A stretch of 64,000 nt of DNA, from positions 61,689-125,688 of the forward strand of contig JANWWA010000004.1 in assembly GCA_025056565.1 (NCBI GenBank), given 5' to 3'. A program made the position numbers and the translations under genes. This DNA is from Chloroherpetonaceae bacterium (GTDB lineage Bacteria > Bacteroidota > Chlorobiia > Chlorobiales > Thermochlorobacteraceae). Below the pieces are notes generated by a model. It saw only the letters and a list, made by a program, of their open reading frames with translations, searched no databases and was not told the origin of the DNA. Shown piece after piece: positions 28,717 to 36,561 of the stretch (position 1 is its first letter; each line of letters begins with the position of its first letter).

Positions 28717-29310
28717 ATGTGTGAGCTGGACACTCACTACGCTAACCAACTGCGTGCGGTTCGTGTGGTGTTACTGATTAATTTGCTAATGTTTACCGTA
28801 GAAATGGCAGCAGGCTTGTGGGCAGAATCCACTGGGCTGATTGCAGATTCACTGGATATGCTGGCAGATGCGGCAGTCTATGGGCTGACACTCTATGCAA
28901 TTGGTAAAACAGCGCGAGAAAAAAAGACAGCAGCGTGGGCGGCGGCAATTGCACAGTTTATCTTGGCACTTTGGTTAGCTTACGAGGTAGTGCGCCGATT
29001 CTTAGGTGGCAGCGAGCCAATTGGTTGGGCAATGATGGGCGTGAGCGCACTGGCGTTTGCCGCAAACTATGCTTGTCTGCTCCTACTTGATGCACATAAA
29101 AAAGGTGAAGCGCATTTAAGAGCCGCTTGGATTTTTACGAAGTATGACCTACTTGCCAACGTGGGAGTGATTGTGTCAGGCGCACTGGTGCTTTGGCTAC
29201 ATACCAACCTACCTGACCTTGTTATCGGCTCAATAATTGCGCTCCTTGTGTTTTATGGAACCATTGAGATTTTTGATGTCGTTAAAGAGAAAAAAGCCTC
29301 AATAACCTAA
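28717..29310 (+). CDS. cation diffusion facilitator-type transporter lacking the cytoplasmic C-terminal domain
   Basis: TM2 metal-site motif ADSLDMLADA. Hydrophobic segments throughout, and the protein ends right after the last TM (197 aa from the ATG at 28717). The track start at 28654 is a TTG with a non-homologous extension. Confidence 0.75.
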   Translation: MCELDTHYANQLRAVRVVLLINLLMFTVEMAAGLWAESTGLIADSLDMLADAAVYGLTLYAIGKTAREKKTAAWAAAIAQFILALWLAYEVVRRFLGGSEPIGWAMMGVSALAFAANYACLLLLDAHKKGEAHLRAAWIFTKYDLLANVGVIVSGALVLWLHTNLPDLVIGSIIALLVFYGTIEIFDVVKEKKASIT

Positions 29311-29326
29311 ACAGTTGCGTGCAACA

Positions 29327-29647
29327 ATGGCTTGGCTCATTCTCATTATTGCAGGACTCTGTGAGGTCGGCTTTACAACCTGTATGAAACTTTCTAATAA
29401 CTTCTCAGACTGGCGCTGGACGCTGGGATTTCTGGTCTGCATTACGCTTAGCTTTTTGTTTCTGAGCAAAGCCGCACAAACCTTGCCGCTCGGCACCAGT
29501 TACGCTGTCTGGACAGGTGTCGGAGCAGCGGGTACCGCACTGGTGGGCATTCTTCTTTTCAAGGAATCGTCGGATTTTTGGCGGCTCTTTTTCATCTCTA
29601 CACTAATTGCGTCCATCATCGGGCTAAAGTTCGTTTCCGCAGAATGA
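29327..29647 (+). CDS. sugE: SMR-family exporter, SugE/Gdx-like (guanidinium/quaternary cation)
   Basis: MAWLILIIAGLCEVGFTTCMKLS with the conserved membrane Glu. Four TMs in 106 aa. Starts 16 nt after the CDF stop. Confidence 0.88.
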   Translation: MAWLILIIAGLCEVGFTTCMKLSNNFSDWRWTLGFLVCITLSFLFLSKAAQTLPLGTSYAVWTGVGAAGTALVGILLFKESSDFWRLFFISTLIASIIGLKFVSAE

Positions 29648-31848
29648 CGAGAACCTGTCAGCGCATTGGGTCTTTTAGGCAGCTAAGGCAAAAGCGGCAT
29701 GCGGCAGTGCATTCACTTTTCGCGCTTGGTCTGCTGCTTCTCTGTTCTGCTGCGTCTGCCCAAGTCGTGGATGGCAGCGTGCTGGTCGAACCTGCACTGT
29801 ATGCGGTCGAGGCAAAAGGGGAGCGCGCTTACACGCTGGTGCTGCACTTCAAAATTCAGAAGGGTTGGCATTTATACTGGAAAAATGCAGGTGATGCAGG
29901 TTTTGCACCCAGAGTAAAGTGGCAACTGCCTGATGGCTCTAAGATAGGAGACTTGCAATTTCCAACTCCGCACAAAATTGTAGAATCAGGTCTTGTGGCG
30001 TTTGGCTACACAGATGAGTTGGTGTTGCTATCGGAGTTGGAGTTGCCTGCAACACTGCCAACAGACCTCACTATTTCGGCAGAGCTGGACTGGCTGGTTT
30101 GCAAGGAGTCGTGTGTGCCGGGCAGCGCCCGTGTAGCACTGAATCTCAAAGCGCTCCGTCCGCAAGACCGTGAAGTCGCACGGAGACTGCTTCAAAAGGT
30201 AAGTGAAGCCTTGCCTAAGCCGCTGGCGCTTAGTGGTCTCGAGTGCTCCAAAGTTACCTTCGATGGCAAGGCGATTACGCTTTCGTTCAGCGGCAAGAGC
30301 GTTGCTCCAATTCGTGACTTTTTCCCTGAACCACACGACCAGCTTCTCTTCCGATACAGTGAGTTTAAGGTAGAACAACAGCAGGTTGTAATGCCTGTAA
30401 CGACACAAGGGCAACTGCCTGCAAATACGCTCATCAAGGGGGTTTTGCTGATTGGCGAGAAAGGCTATGAAGTAAGCGTTCCACTGCTTGCCAGTGCAGA
30501 AATTCCTGCTTCAACGGCAGCGTCCAGTCGCTTGCTCGAGCAAGAGTTTGTTGGTGTCAAGGCGCAAACAGCGGAGCTGCCATTAGGCTTAGCGCTGCTG
30601 TTTGCCCTGCTGGGCGGACTGATTCTGAATGTAATGCCCTGCGTGTTGCCTGTGCTCTCGCTTAAAGTGATGGGATTGATACAGAGCGCACATCAGAGCA
30701 AATCTGAGAGTGCAAAGCACGGATTGGTGTTCACATTAGGTGTGCTGGTATCCTTTTGGATACTGGCGCTGCTGGTAGTGCTCTTGCAGCAAGCTGGTGA
30801 GCAAGTCGGCTGGGGGTTTCAGTTTCAATCGCCGATGTTTGTCTTGGTGATGATTCTGGTAATGTTTGTCTTTGGCTTAAATCTTGCAGGCGTATTTGAA
30901 TTCTCAACTCCCAGCGTGTCAAGTGAGCTGAGTCAAACTTTAATGCGCAGCGACCTTAGTAGCACGTTTGCAAATGGCATTTTAGCAACGACCTTAGCCA
31001 CGCCGTGCACGGCACCATTTCTCGGTAGCGCCTTAGGCTTTGCATTTTCGCAGCCTGCGGCTGTGATTTTCTTAGTTTTCACCGCAGTAGGACTAGGGCT
31101 GGCTTTACCATACCTTATTCTTGCAATTAAGCCCCAGTGGCTGAAGTTTATTCCAAAGCCAGGTGCTTGGATGTATCGCTTCAAGCAAGCAATGAGCTTT
31201 CCTTTGTTTGCTACGGCAATTTGGTTGCTCTCAGTACTGGGTGAGCAGCTCGGATTGGAAGGCGTGATCGCTACGCTGATATTGCTTTTGGCGGTCGGAG
31301 TCGGGTGCTGGCTCATTGGTCAGTTTATTGACCTACAAGCCTCATGGTGGCGTAAGGCAACTATCTGGACGTTGGTTGTAACAATAGTTGGCATAACATA
31401 CTTTATCACCTTTGAGCGCAACTTAAACTGGCGTGCAGCTAAAGTCTTGTCGCAGGTAGAAACACCCGCAAACAGCAAAATTCTCTGGCAGCCTTTCTCA
31501 ATTGCTGCGATTGAATCAGCGGTGCAGTCTGGCAAGACCGTGTTTGTGGACTTTACAGCAGAGTGGTGCTTTACATGCAAGGTCACCGAAAAGACTGTGC
31601 TGGAAACAGATGCAGTGGAGCGCAAGATGGCAGAGTTAGGCATTGTGCCGATACGAGCCGATTGGACAAATCGCAACGACGAAATTACGCGACTTCTGAA
31701 AAAGTTTGGTCGCTCAGGTGTGCCGCTCTATGTGGTCTTTCCATCAGGGCGGCTAAATGAACCGATTGTGCTGCCTGAGGTGCTGACCCCTGAACTGCTC
31801 ATTGAAGCACTGGAAAAGGCTGCTCGTAAGCAAGCAGTTGCAGGGTAA
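29644..31848 (+). CDS. thiol:disulfide interchange protein, ScsB/DsbD-like (N-terminal DsbD-alpha-like domain, DsbD transmembrane core, C-terminal thioredoxin)
   Basis: ATG at 29644 overlaps the sugE stop (ATGA). N-domain GWHLYWKNAGDAGFAPRVKW and WLVCKESCVPG. Core with MPCVLPVLSLK and ATPCTAPFLG. C-terminal thioredoxin motif WCFTCK. Confidence 0.88.
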   Translation: MTRTCQRIGSFRQLRQKRHAAVHSLFALGLLLLCSAASAQVVDGSVLVEPALYAVEAKGERAYTLVLHFKIQKGWHLYWKNAGDAGFAPRVKWQLPDGSKIGDLQFPTPHKIVESGLVAFGYTDELVLLSELELPATLPTDLTISAELDWLVCKESCVPGSARVALNLKALRPQDREVARRLLQKVSEALPKPLALSGLECSKVTFDGKAITLSFSGKSVAPIRDFFPEPHDQLLFRYSEFKVEQQQVVMPVTTQGQLPANTLIKGVLLIGEKGYEVSVPLLASAEIPASTAASSRLLEQEFVGVKAQTAELPLGLALLFALLGGLILNVMPCVLPVLSLKVMGLIQSAHQSKSESAKHGLVFTLGVLVSFWILALLVVLLQQAGEQVGWGFQFQSPMFVLVMILVMFVFGLNLAGVFEFSTPSVSSELSQTLMRSDLSSTFANGILATTLATPCTAPFLGSALGFAFSQPAAVIFLVFTAVGLGLALPYLILAIKPQWLKFIPKPGAWMYRFKQAMSFPLFATAIWLLSVLGEQLGLEGVIATLILLLAVGVGCWLIGQFIDLQASWWRKATIWTLVVTIVGITYFITFERNLNWRAAKVLSQVETPANSKILWQPFSIAAIESAVQSGKTVFVDFTAEWCFTCKVTEKTVLETDAVERKMAELGIVPIRADWTNRNDEITRLLKKFGRSGVPLYVVFPSGRLNEPIVLPEVLTPELLIEALEKAARKQAVAG

Positions 31849-31862
31849 AGCGACACACCTGC

Positions 31863-32762
31863 CTACGGAGCAACCAACATTGCAGCGCCAAACACTCCTG
31901 CACTGTCGCCTAAAAGTGGTTTCAAGATCTGGGTATCTAGTCGGTGGTTGAACACATACTTTTTAAGCTCTGCGACGCCCTCTGTGTAAAGAAGAGCGAT
32001 ATTGCCAACACCGCCCCCAAGCACGATAGCGTCAGGGTCTAAGATGTTAACCACCGTTGCAAGGGCACGACCAAAGTAGTGGCAGAGTCGCCGCATAGTG
32101 GCGGTAGCGCTGGCATCTATGCCCTGTTCGAAGCGCTGGACAATTTCGGGTAACTTTCGCACAGTGCCGCTTTGTTGGGCATAAAATTTCTCTAAGGCGG
32201 GACCTGAAATGAAACTCTCGACGCAACCGCGAATACCGCTGTAGCAAGGCTCGGCTGTGTCGTCAAGACTGTTGTGTCCCCACTCGCCTGCAATTCCTTG
32301 CGCACCGTTCCACACTTTGCCGTTGATAACGATGCCGCCGCCGACCCCTGTGCCCATAATAACCCCGAAGACTACAGCCGCTCCCTTCGCAGCGCCTAAG
32401 GTGGCTTCTGCCAAAGCGAAGCAATTCGCATCGTTAGCAATCACAACTTCTACGCCAAGCTTATCCGACAAGTCTTTCGGCAGATTCTTTCCGTTGAGGG
32501 CAGTGGTATTGCAATTTTTCATTGCAGAAAGGTAGGGGTCAAATGTGCCGGGCGTGCCGATTCCGATACGTTGAGGCCGTTCACCAGAGGCTTGCGCCAG
32601 TTGCTCAACAAGGTGAGCGACTTGGTTTAGGATATGTGTGTAGCCTTTCTCTGCTTCGGTTGGAATGCGAAGGCGGCAAAGCGGCTCAGGGCTAACGGCA
32701 TCTGGCAGCACCACGCCCTCAATTTTAGTGCCGCCTAAGTCAATGCCCCAGATAGCTGACAT
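31863..32762 (-). CDS. ROK-family sugar kinase (NagK/glucokinase-like)
   Basis: ATP-binding N-terminus WGIDLGGTKIEG, DNDANCFALAE-like NDANCFALAEA, and zinc motif region CYSGIRGCVESFISG. Confidence 0.85.
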   Translation of the reverse strand: MSAIWGIDLGGTKIEGVVLPDAVSPEPLCRLRIPTEAEKGYTHILNQVAHLVEQLAQASGERPQRIGIGTPGTFDPYLSAMKNCNTTALNGKNLPKDLSDKLGVEVVIANDANCFALAEATLGAAKGAAVVFGVIMGTGVGGGIVINGKVWNGAQGIAGEWGHNSLDDTAEPCYSGIRGCVESFISGPALEKFYAQQSGTVRKLPEIVQRFEQGIDASATATMRRLCHYFGRALATVVNILDPDAIVLGGGVGNIALLYTEGVAELKKYVFNHRLDTQILKPLLGDSAGVFGAAMLVAP

Positions 32763-32947
32763 ATGGTGTTAGGTCGTTTTGACAAATTCGTAAAATTGCT
32801 AAAATGATTGGTTGCGAGGACAATCAACACACGGTCGTGGCAAACTATTTGCAGTGCCTTCCCTTTCGTAGCAAAGTTGGAAAAAAGTTTCAAAACCGTT
32901 TTCTTGCAAAAGCCTACCTAAAGTTAAACTGGTGAAAGGAGAGAAGT

Positions 32948-33361
32948 ATGCAGAAGGCCATTCTCGAGGAGCAAATCGGAGGAATTGCGCTTCAGCTGCC
33001 TGCTTTGCCACCCAACATTAAGGAAGTATTTGTCAAAATTATGCCCTACCTCGGCATCGTCTGGCTGGTTCTTGGTATACTCGGACTTGTTGGGTTACTC
33101 GCAATCGGTGTGTTAGCGATTCTCACGCTTGCGTTGGGCCCGCTGGCATTCTTGAGTTTTGTAACACTTCTTGCAACTGTGATTATGACTGGGTTGGCTT
33201 TGCCGGGGCTTTTCAATCGCCGCCGTGAAGGCTGGGTATGGCTATACTACGCTGAGTTAGTAGGTCTACTGAGCAATGTGCTATCGTTCAGTCTCTTCGG
33301 CATTATTGTCGGGCTACTCTGGCTCTATCTGCTGTTTCAGATACGGGAAAGCTATGCTTAG
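32948..33361 (+). CDS. small hypothetical integral membrane protein
   Basis: ATG preceded by AAAGGAGAG. Three to four TM segments (IVWLVLGILGLVGLLAIGVLAILTLALG, FVTLLATVIMTGLALPGL, LSFSLFGIIVGLLWLYLLF). No family recognised. Confidence 0.65.
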   Translation: MQKAILEEQIGGIALQLPALPPNIKEVFVKIMPYLGIVWLVLGILGLVGLLAIGVLAILTLALGPLAFLSFVTLLATVIMTGLALPGLFNRRREGWVWLYYAELVGLLSNVLSFSLFGIIVGLLWLYLLFQIRESYA

Positions 33362-33411
33362 CTGGTGTAAAAGCATGTGCTAAACCTCCTTCATGCATGC
33401 ATCCAACAGGG

Positions 33412-33445
33412 AAGCCCTGCTTTCGCTGATGGCGGAGCAGGGCTT
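33412..33445. terminator. hairpin between convergent genes (small membrane protein and pscB); no clear U-tract
   Basis: Perfect 10-bp stem AAGCCCTGCT (33412-33421) / AGCAGGGCTT (33436-33445) with a 14-nt loop. Confidence 0.4.
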
Positions 33446-33473
33446 GAATCCACGCTGCGAGAAGATGTTTTCT

Positions 33474-33797
33474 TCAGCGAGCAAAGAAAGGCTTGTCGTA
33501 GAGTTCCAGTCGCTTTTCAGGCGTGTAGCGAAAGTCGAGAATATCGCCTTCGGGACGCACTTCAATAAGAGCACCAGAAGGACAAGCATCTGCATCAAAG
33601 CATAGCTGGCAGGAAATGCATGCCTTCTGGTCAATATAGTAACGGAATCCACCTTCCTGCACATCACCGTAGAGCTTGACGCCGATGGCGTTCACTTTCG
33701 GTGGACATTGGTCTAAGCAGAACCCGCAAGCGATGCAGAGATTTTCAATGATGTCGTATTTGTTCTTTACCCGCTTTTTGACCTTTGCTTCTGCCAT
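33474..33797 (-). CDS. pscB: reaction-centre Fe-S subunit PscB (FA/FB 2x[4Fe-4S] protein), short form
   Basis: Two cluster motifs, CIACGFCLDQCP and CISCQLCFDADACP. ATG at 33797 with GGAGG 7 nt upstream. Lies 154 nt downstream of pscA on the same strand. Maximum ORF length is 107 aa. Confidence 0.85.
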   Translation of the reverse strand: MAEAKVKKRVKNKYDIIENLCIACGFCLDQCPPKVNAIGVKLYGDVQEGGFRYYIDQKACISCQLCFDADACPSGALIEVRPEGDILDFRYTPEKRLELYDKPFFAR

Positions 33798-33889
33798 TGG
33801 ATAGCCTCCATTTCGAGAGTTTGAATTTTGAGAAGTTTGTTAAGTGGAATAATAAAACTCTTTTTTTCGTTCCCAAACTTTCTCAGGAT

Positions 33890-33924
33890 AAAAAAGGGGA
33901 CTTGGACGCGCCGTCCAGTCCCCC
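33890..33924 (-). terminator. intrinsic terminator-like hairpin between pscA and pscB
   Basis: On the minus strand GGGGACUGGACG pairs with CGUCCAAGUCCCC (33896-33924), with one bulged A and a short GC-rich loop. Followed directly by UUUUUU (comp. of 33890-33895). Lies 28 nt after the pscA stop. Confidence 0.6.
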
Positions 33925-33951
33925 ACCAAGTCTTCGCCCTAAGGAAAGAAC

Positions 33952-36243
33952 CTACGCAATCAGTTTCAGCAGGAAGTCCACCACTTGCGCCAGCATATCG
34001 CTACCTGCACGGGCGGCGTCGCTAACAGGTGGCGGTGCAGGTTGATTCGTAGCGTAGAAGCCATTGGCAACATAGAGCCAGACCAGCATAAATGTGCCGC
34101 TGAAATAGAGAATCGTACCTGCAAACTTCGAGTCCGAAAGGTTCAGCACTGGGAAGCGGAACTTGACGTCGCGTCCAAGGAGAGCTTTGCCCAGCCAGCG
34201 AATCGTGCGGGTTTGAATGTCCGCACCTTCCAGACGAGAGCCTCTATCCTTGAACCAGACGGCAAAGCTGATGAACCAGACAAGGTGTCCAAGCAGCAAG
34301 ACGACGGTCAAGTGCGAGCTTGCCCAGATTGCTTGGGTTTCCGTCCACATATAGTAGAAGACACCGCCTGTGTAGTGATGGTTGAGCTTGGCAATTGCAT
34401 CCCACGCATTGCAGTCCGCTACAGCCATACCGTAGTTCATTGACGCCAGCCAGCCACCGTCAATATACCATTCAATGACGGAGAGCGGTTTCACAGACCA
34501 GAGAATCGCAAACCACATCTGGTCTTGAATTGAGACGCCGCATGTGCCGCCATAGACAGGGCCGATGCACGGGAACGAGAAGGAGTTCTTCTTCAGACCC
34601 AGGTCATCCCAGAGCGCCGAAGTATGTGAGAAGAACGCAATGCGTGAAGTCGCCACTGATGCAAAGAGCCAGCCTGCTACAATCGCATGCCAAGCGCACC
34701 AGTCATTGATACTGGGGTCAGTGAACATCCACGCAAACATCGGTGTGGGCTTCAGCCAGTAGAAGCTCATTGTGATGTTTGCGCCCATCATATTGAGTTC
34801 GCACAGCGAGTTCCAGCAAATTACGGCATAAACCGAAATCATCGTTGTGAAGCACAGCACCATAATCGTGCCGACAAACTTCACTTGGAATTCCTTGTTG
34901 CGTCCCAGCGCAATCCACTTCGACTTCAACTGATTGTAAAGGCCAGACATTTGAATCTTCAACAGATATTGCCCGCCATGAAAGACGCCTGAGAACACAT
35001 AGAGGAATCCACAGATGATATGGTTAAATGCCACAAGGTTGATGACCACCTGCGCCATACCAAACACCTTGCCATCTTTGGGCAGAATGGCATAAGGCGG
35101 ATATTCAGGATACTCCACCTTGCTCAGGTCAGTGTTGCCAAATTCATCAAAGCCCACGCGGTTAAAGGGTTCGCCATAGATGTAGTAGACCAAATCATTG
35201 AGCTGCGTGTAGAAGAACTGTGGTCTATCCGTGAAGGCAGCAAAGGCAAACCAGCCAAGGGCGATATTGACGTAGCCCATTGAGGTAAGGTGCACCGAGA
35301 AGATAGCGCGAAGGTCGTCGTTGAGATGTTCGGCGACGCGCGGTGGATTGGCTTTCCAGTAGAAGCCCAGTGCTAGCCAGACCGCTGCCCAGATAAAGGA
35401 CATAAAGGCTTCGGAGTTGATTTTCTGGAAGTTAGGCTCAGGGGTGATGCCTAAAACAAACCACATCACAAAGCCCCACGCCAGAAAGAGGAAGCCTTGA
35501 TAAATCGTGTGCGGTCCAAGTGCTTCGGCGTAGTTTTTGGCACTGGGGCCGCCGATACCACCGGGGATAATGCTACCGAACATTCGGAAATCACGGAAGT
35601 TGCCCGGCACACTGGCTTGCTTATAGTTCCAAAAGAAAAGGAACGCCAGTGGGTTTGAAAGGTTGCTCGTCCAGTGTCGCCAACCACCGAAGATAAGGAA
35701 GGCACCCACGACAAAGTGAATACCAGCCCACCAGAGCAGCTTGCGTGCAGCTTCCATTTGCGCAGCCGGTTCTGTGCTGTAGGTATCAATACCAAGCGAC
35801 ACCAAGCGAGGCTTGATGGTCAGGTAGAACCAGTTGTCATAGAACCCGGGTGCACCGTTCGGGAAAATCTGAATGCCTGAAATGTAATAGATACCCATCA
35901 CGATGCCCAAGCAGCCCAGCAACGCAAGATGACCGCCGAAGACTTGTTCGTCGGTGAGCTTGTCAACATCGAAGGCTTGATACCACTTAGTCGTGCGGGT
36001 TTCCGTGCGTTTTAGGAGGAAGCGCTTCATCTCGGCCACATCTGCCTCCATCACGGCGGGTTTGGCAGGTGCAGCTGCAGGCTTGGCTTCACCGGCCTTC
36101 GGTGCTGCTTTTGCTGCAGCGGCTTGCGCAGCAGCAGGTTTCTTGGCAGCAGCTTGAAGTTTCCCGGCTTGAGTAGGCACAGGTTTCTTTTCGCCGCCAC
36201 CGCCTTCTGGTGTTCCGCCAGTCGGTTTCTCTTGGTCAGCCAT
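33952..36243 (-). CDS. pscA: type-I photosynthetic reaction-centre core subunit PscA
   Basis: 763-aa polytopic protein with the FX-cluster loop FPCIGPVYGGTCGVSIQDQ (FPCxGPxxGGTC). Long colinear resemblance, from memory, to green-sulfur-bacterial PscA (KWYQAFD, GHLALLG, GIQIFPNGAPGF, GGWRHWT, EGADIQTRTIRWLGK). SD AAGGAG upstream of the ATG at 36243. Confidence 0.95.
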   Translation of the reverse strand: MADQEKPTGGTPEGGGGEKKPVPTQAGKLQAAAKKPAAAQAAAAKAAPKAGEAKPAAAPAKPAVMEADVAEMKRFLLKRTETRTTKWYQAFDVDKLTDEQVFGGHLALLGCLGIVMGIYYISGIQIFPNGAPGFYDNWFYLTIKPRLVSLGIDTYSTEPAAQMEAARKLLWWAGIHFVVGAFLIFGGWRHWTSNLSNPLAFLFFWNYKQASVPGNFRDFRMFGSIIPGGIGGPSAKNYAEALGPHTIYQGFLFLAWGFVMWFVLGITPEPNFQKINSEAFMSFIWAAVWLALGFYWKANPPRVAEHLNDDLRAIFSVHLTSMGYVNIALGWFAFAAFTDRPQFFYTQLNDLVYYIYGEPFNRVGFDEFGNTDLSKVEYPEYPPYAILPKDGKVFGMAQVVINLVAFNHIICGFLYVFSGVFHGGQYLLKIQMSGLYNQLKSKWIALGRNKEFQVKFVGTIMVLCFTTMISVYAVICWNSLCELNMMGANITMSFYWLKPTPMFAWMFTDPSINDWCAWHAIVAGWLFASVATSRIAFFSHTSALWDDLGLKKNSFSFPCIGPVYGGTCGVSIQDQMWFAILWSVKPLSVIEWYIDGGWLASMNYGMAVADCNAWDAIAKLNHHYTGGVFYYMWTETQAIWASSHLTVVLLLGHLVWFISFAVWFKDRGSRLEGADIQTRTIRWLGKALLGRDVKFRFPVLNLSDSKFAGTILYFSGTFMLVWLYVANGFYATNQPAPPPVSDAARAGSDMLAQVVDFLLKLIA

Positions 36244-36561
36244 AGTTTTCTCCTTTCAAAAAAGTTTGAAACAAGTGAAGAAATGTTCGCCGTGCCTAAC
36301 CGTTCATTTTCAGCGGCGAACGAACGCTTCAAGTTTGAACCGTGCTTTGCCCGCGTTACTGCAAAGCACGCTGGGTACTGCTTCAAACTTTTCAAAGAAC
36401 AATGCACAACTCATGCGTTACTGCAAGTTACGACTACTGCGGATACTGCTTCTCACCGATGCCTCAGCAAGCGTGAGCCTTACTATTGCATCAGGTGAGA
36501 AAGAACAGCGTTTGTTTCGGTTGCGGTTGAGGCGAAAAGTCAAAGAACACGGTGAAAACTC
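36244..36561 (-). promoter_or_regulatory. repeat-rich pscA upstream/leader region (candidate promoter, operator sites and 5' UTR structure)
   Basis: Five TACTGC hexamers (36357, 36376, 36419, 36435, 36444). Exact 12-nt direct repeat GCGTTACTGCAA (36353-36364 and 36415-36426). 10-bp perfect inverted repeat 36341-36350 / 36361-36370, nested inside AAGTTTGAA / TTCAAACTT (36331-36339 / 36382-36390). Confidence 0.5.

Noticed and set aside
33985-35880. Several plus-strand ORFs of 65-152 aa (33985-34443, 34687-34992, 35020-35283, 35674-35880) and alternative-frame minus-strand ORFs inside pscA.
   Set aside because: They lie antisense or out of frame within a gene whose product is unmistakable. They have no protein-like motifs and no start context.
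36040-36243. The Ala/Pro/Lys-rich N-terminus of PscA, considered as a relocated PscB PAK domain (domain swap).
   Set aside because: As far as I recall, green-sulfur-bacterial PscA proteins also begin with a Pro/Ala/Lys/Gly-rich segment. The tract here may just be a longer version. It is kept only as a side remark in the PscB finding.
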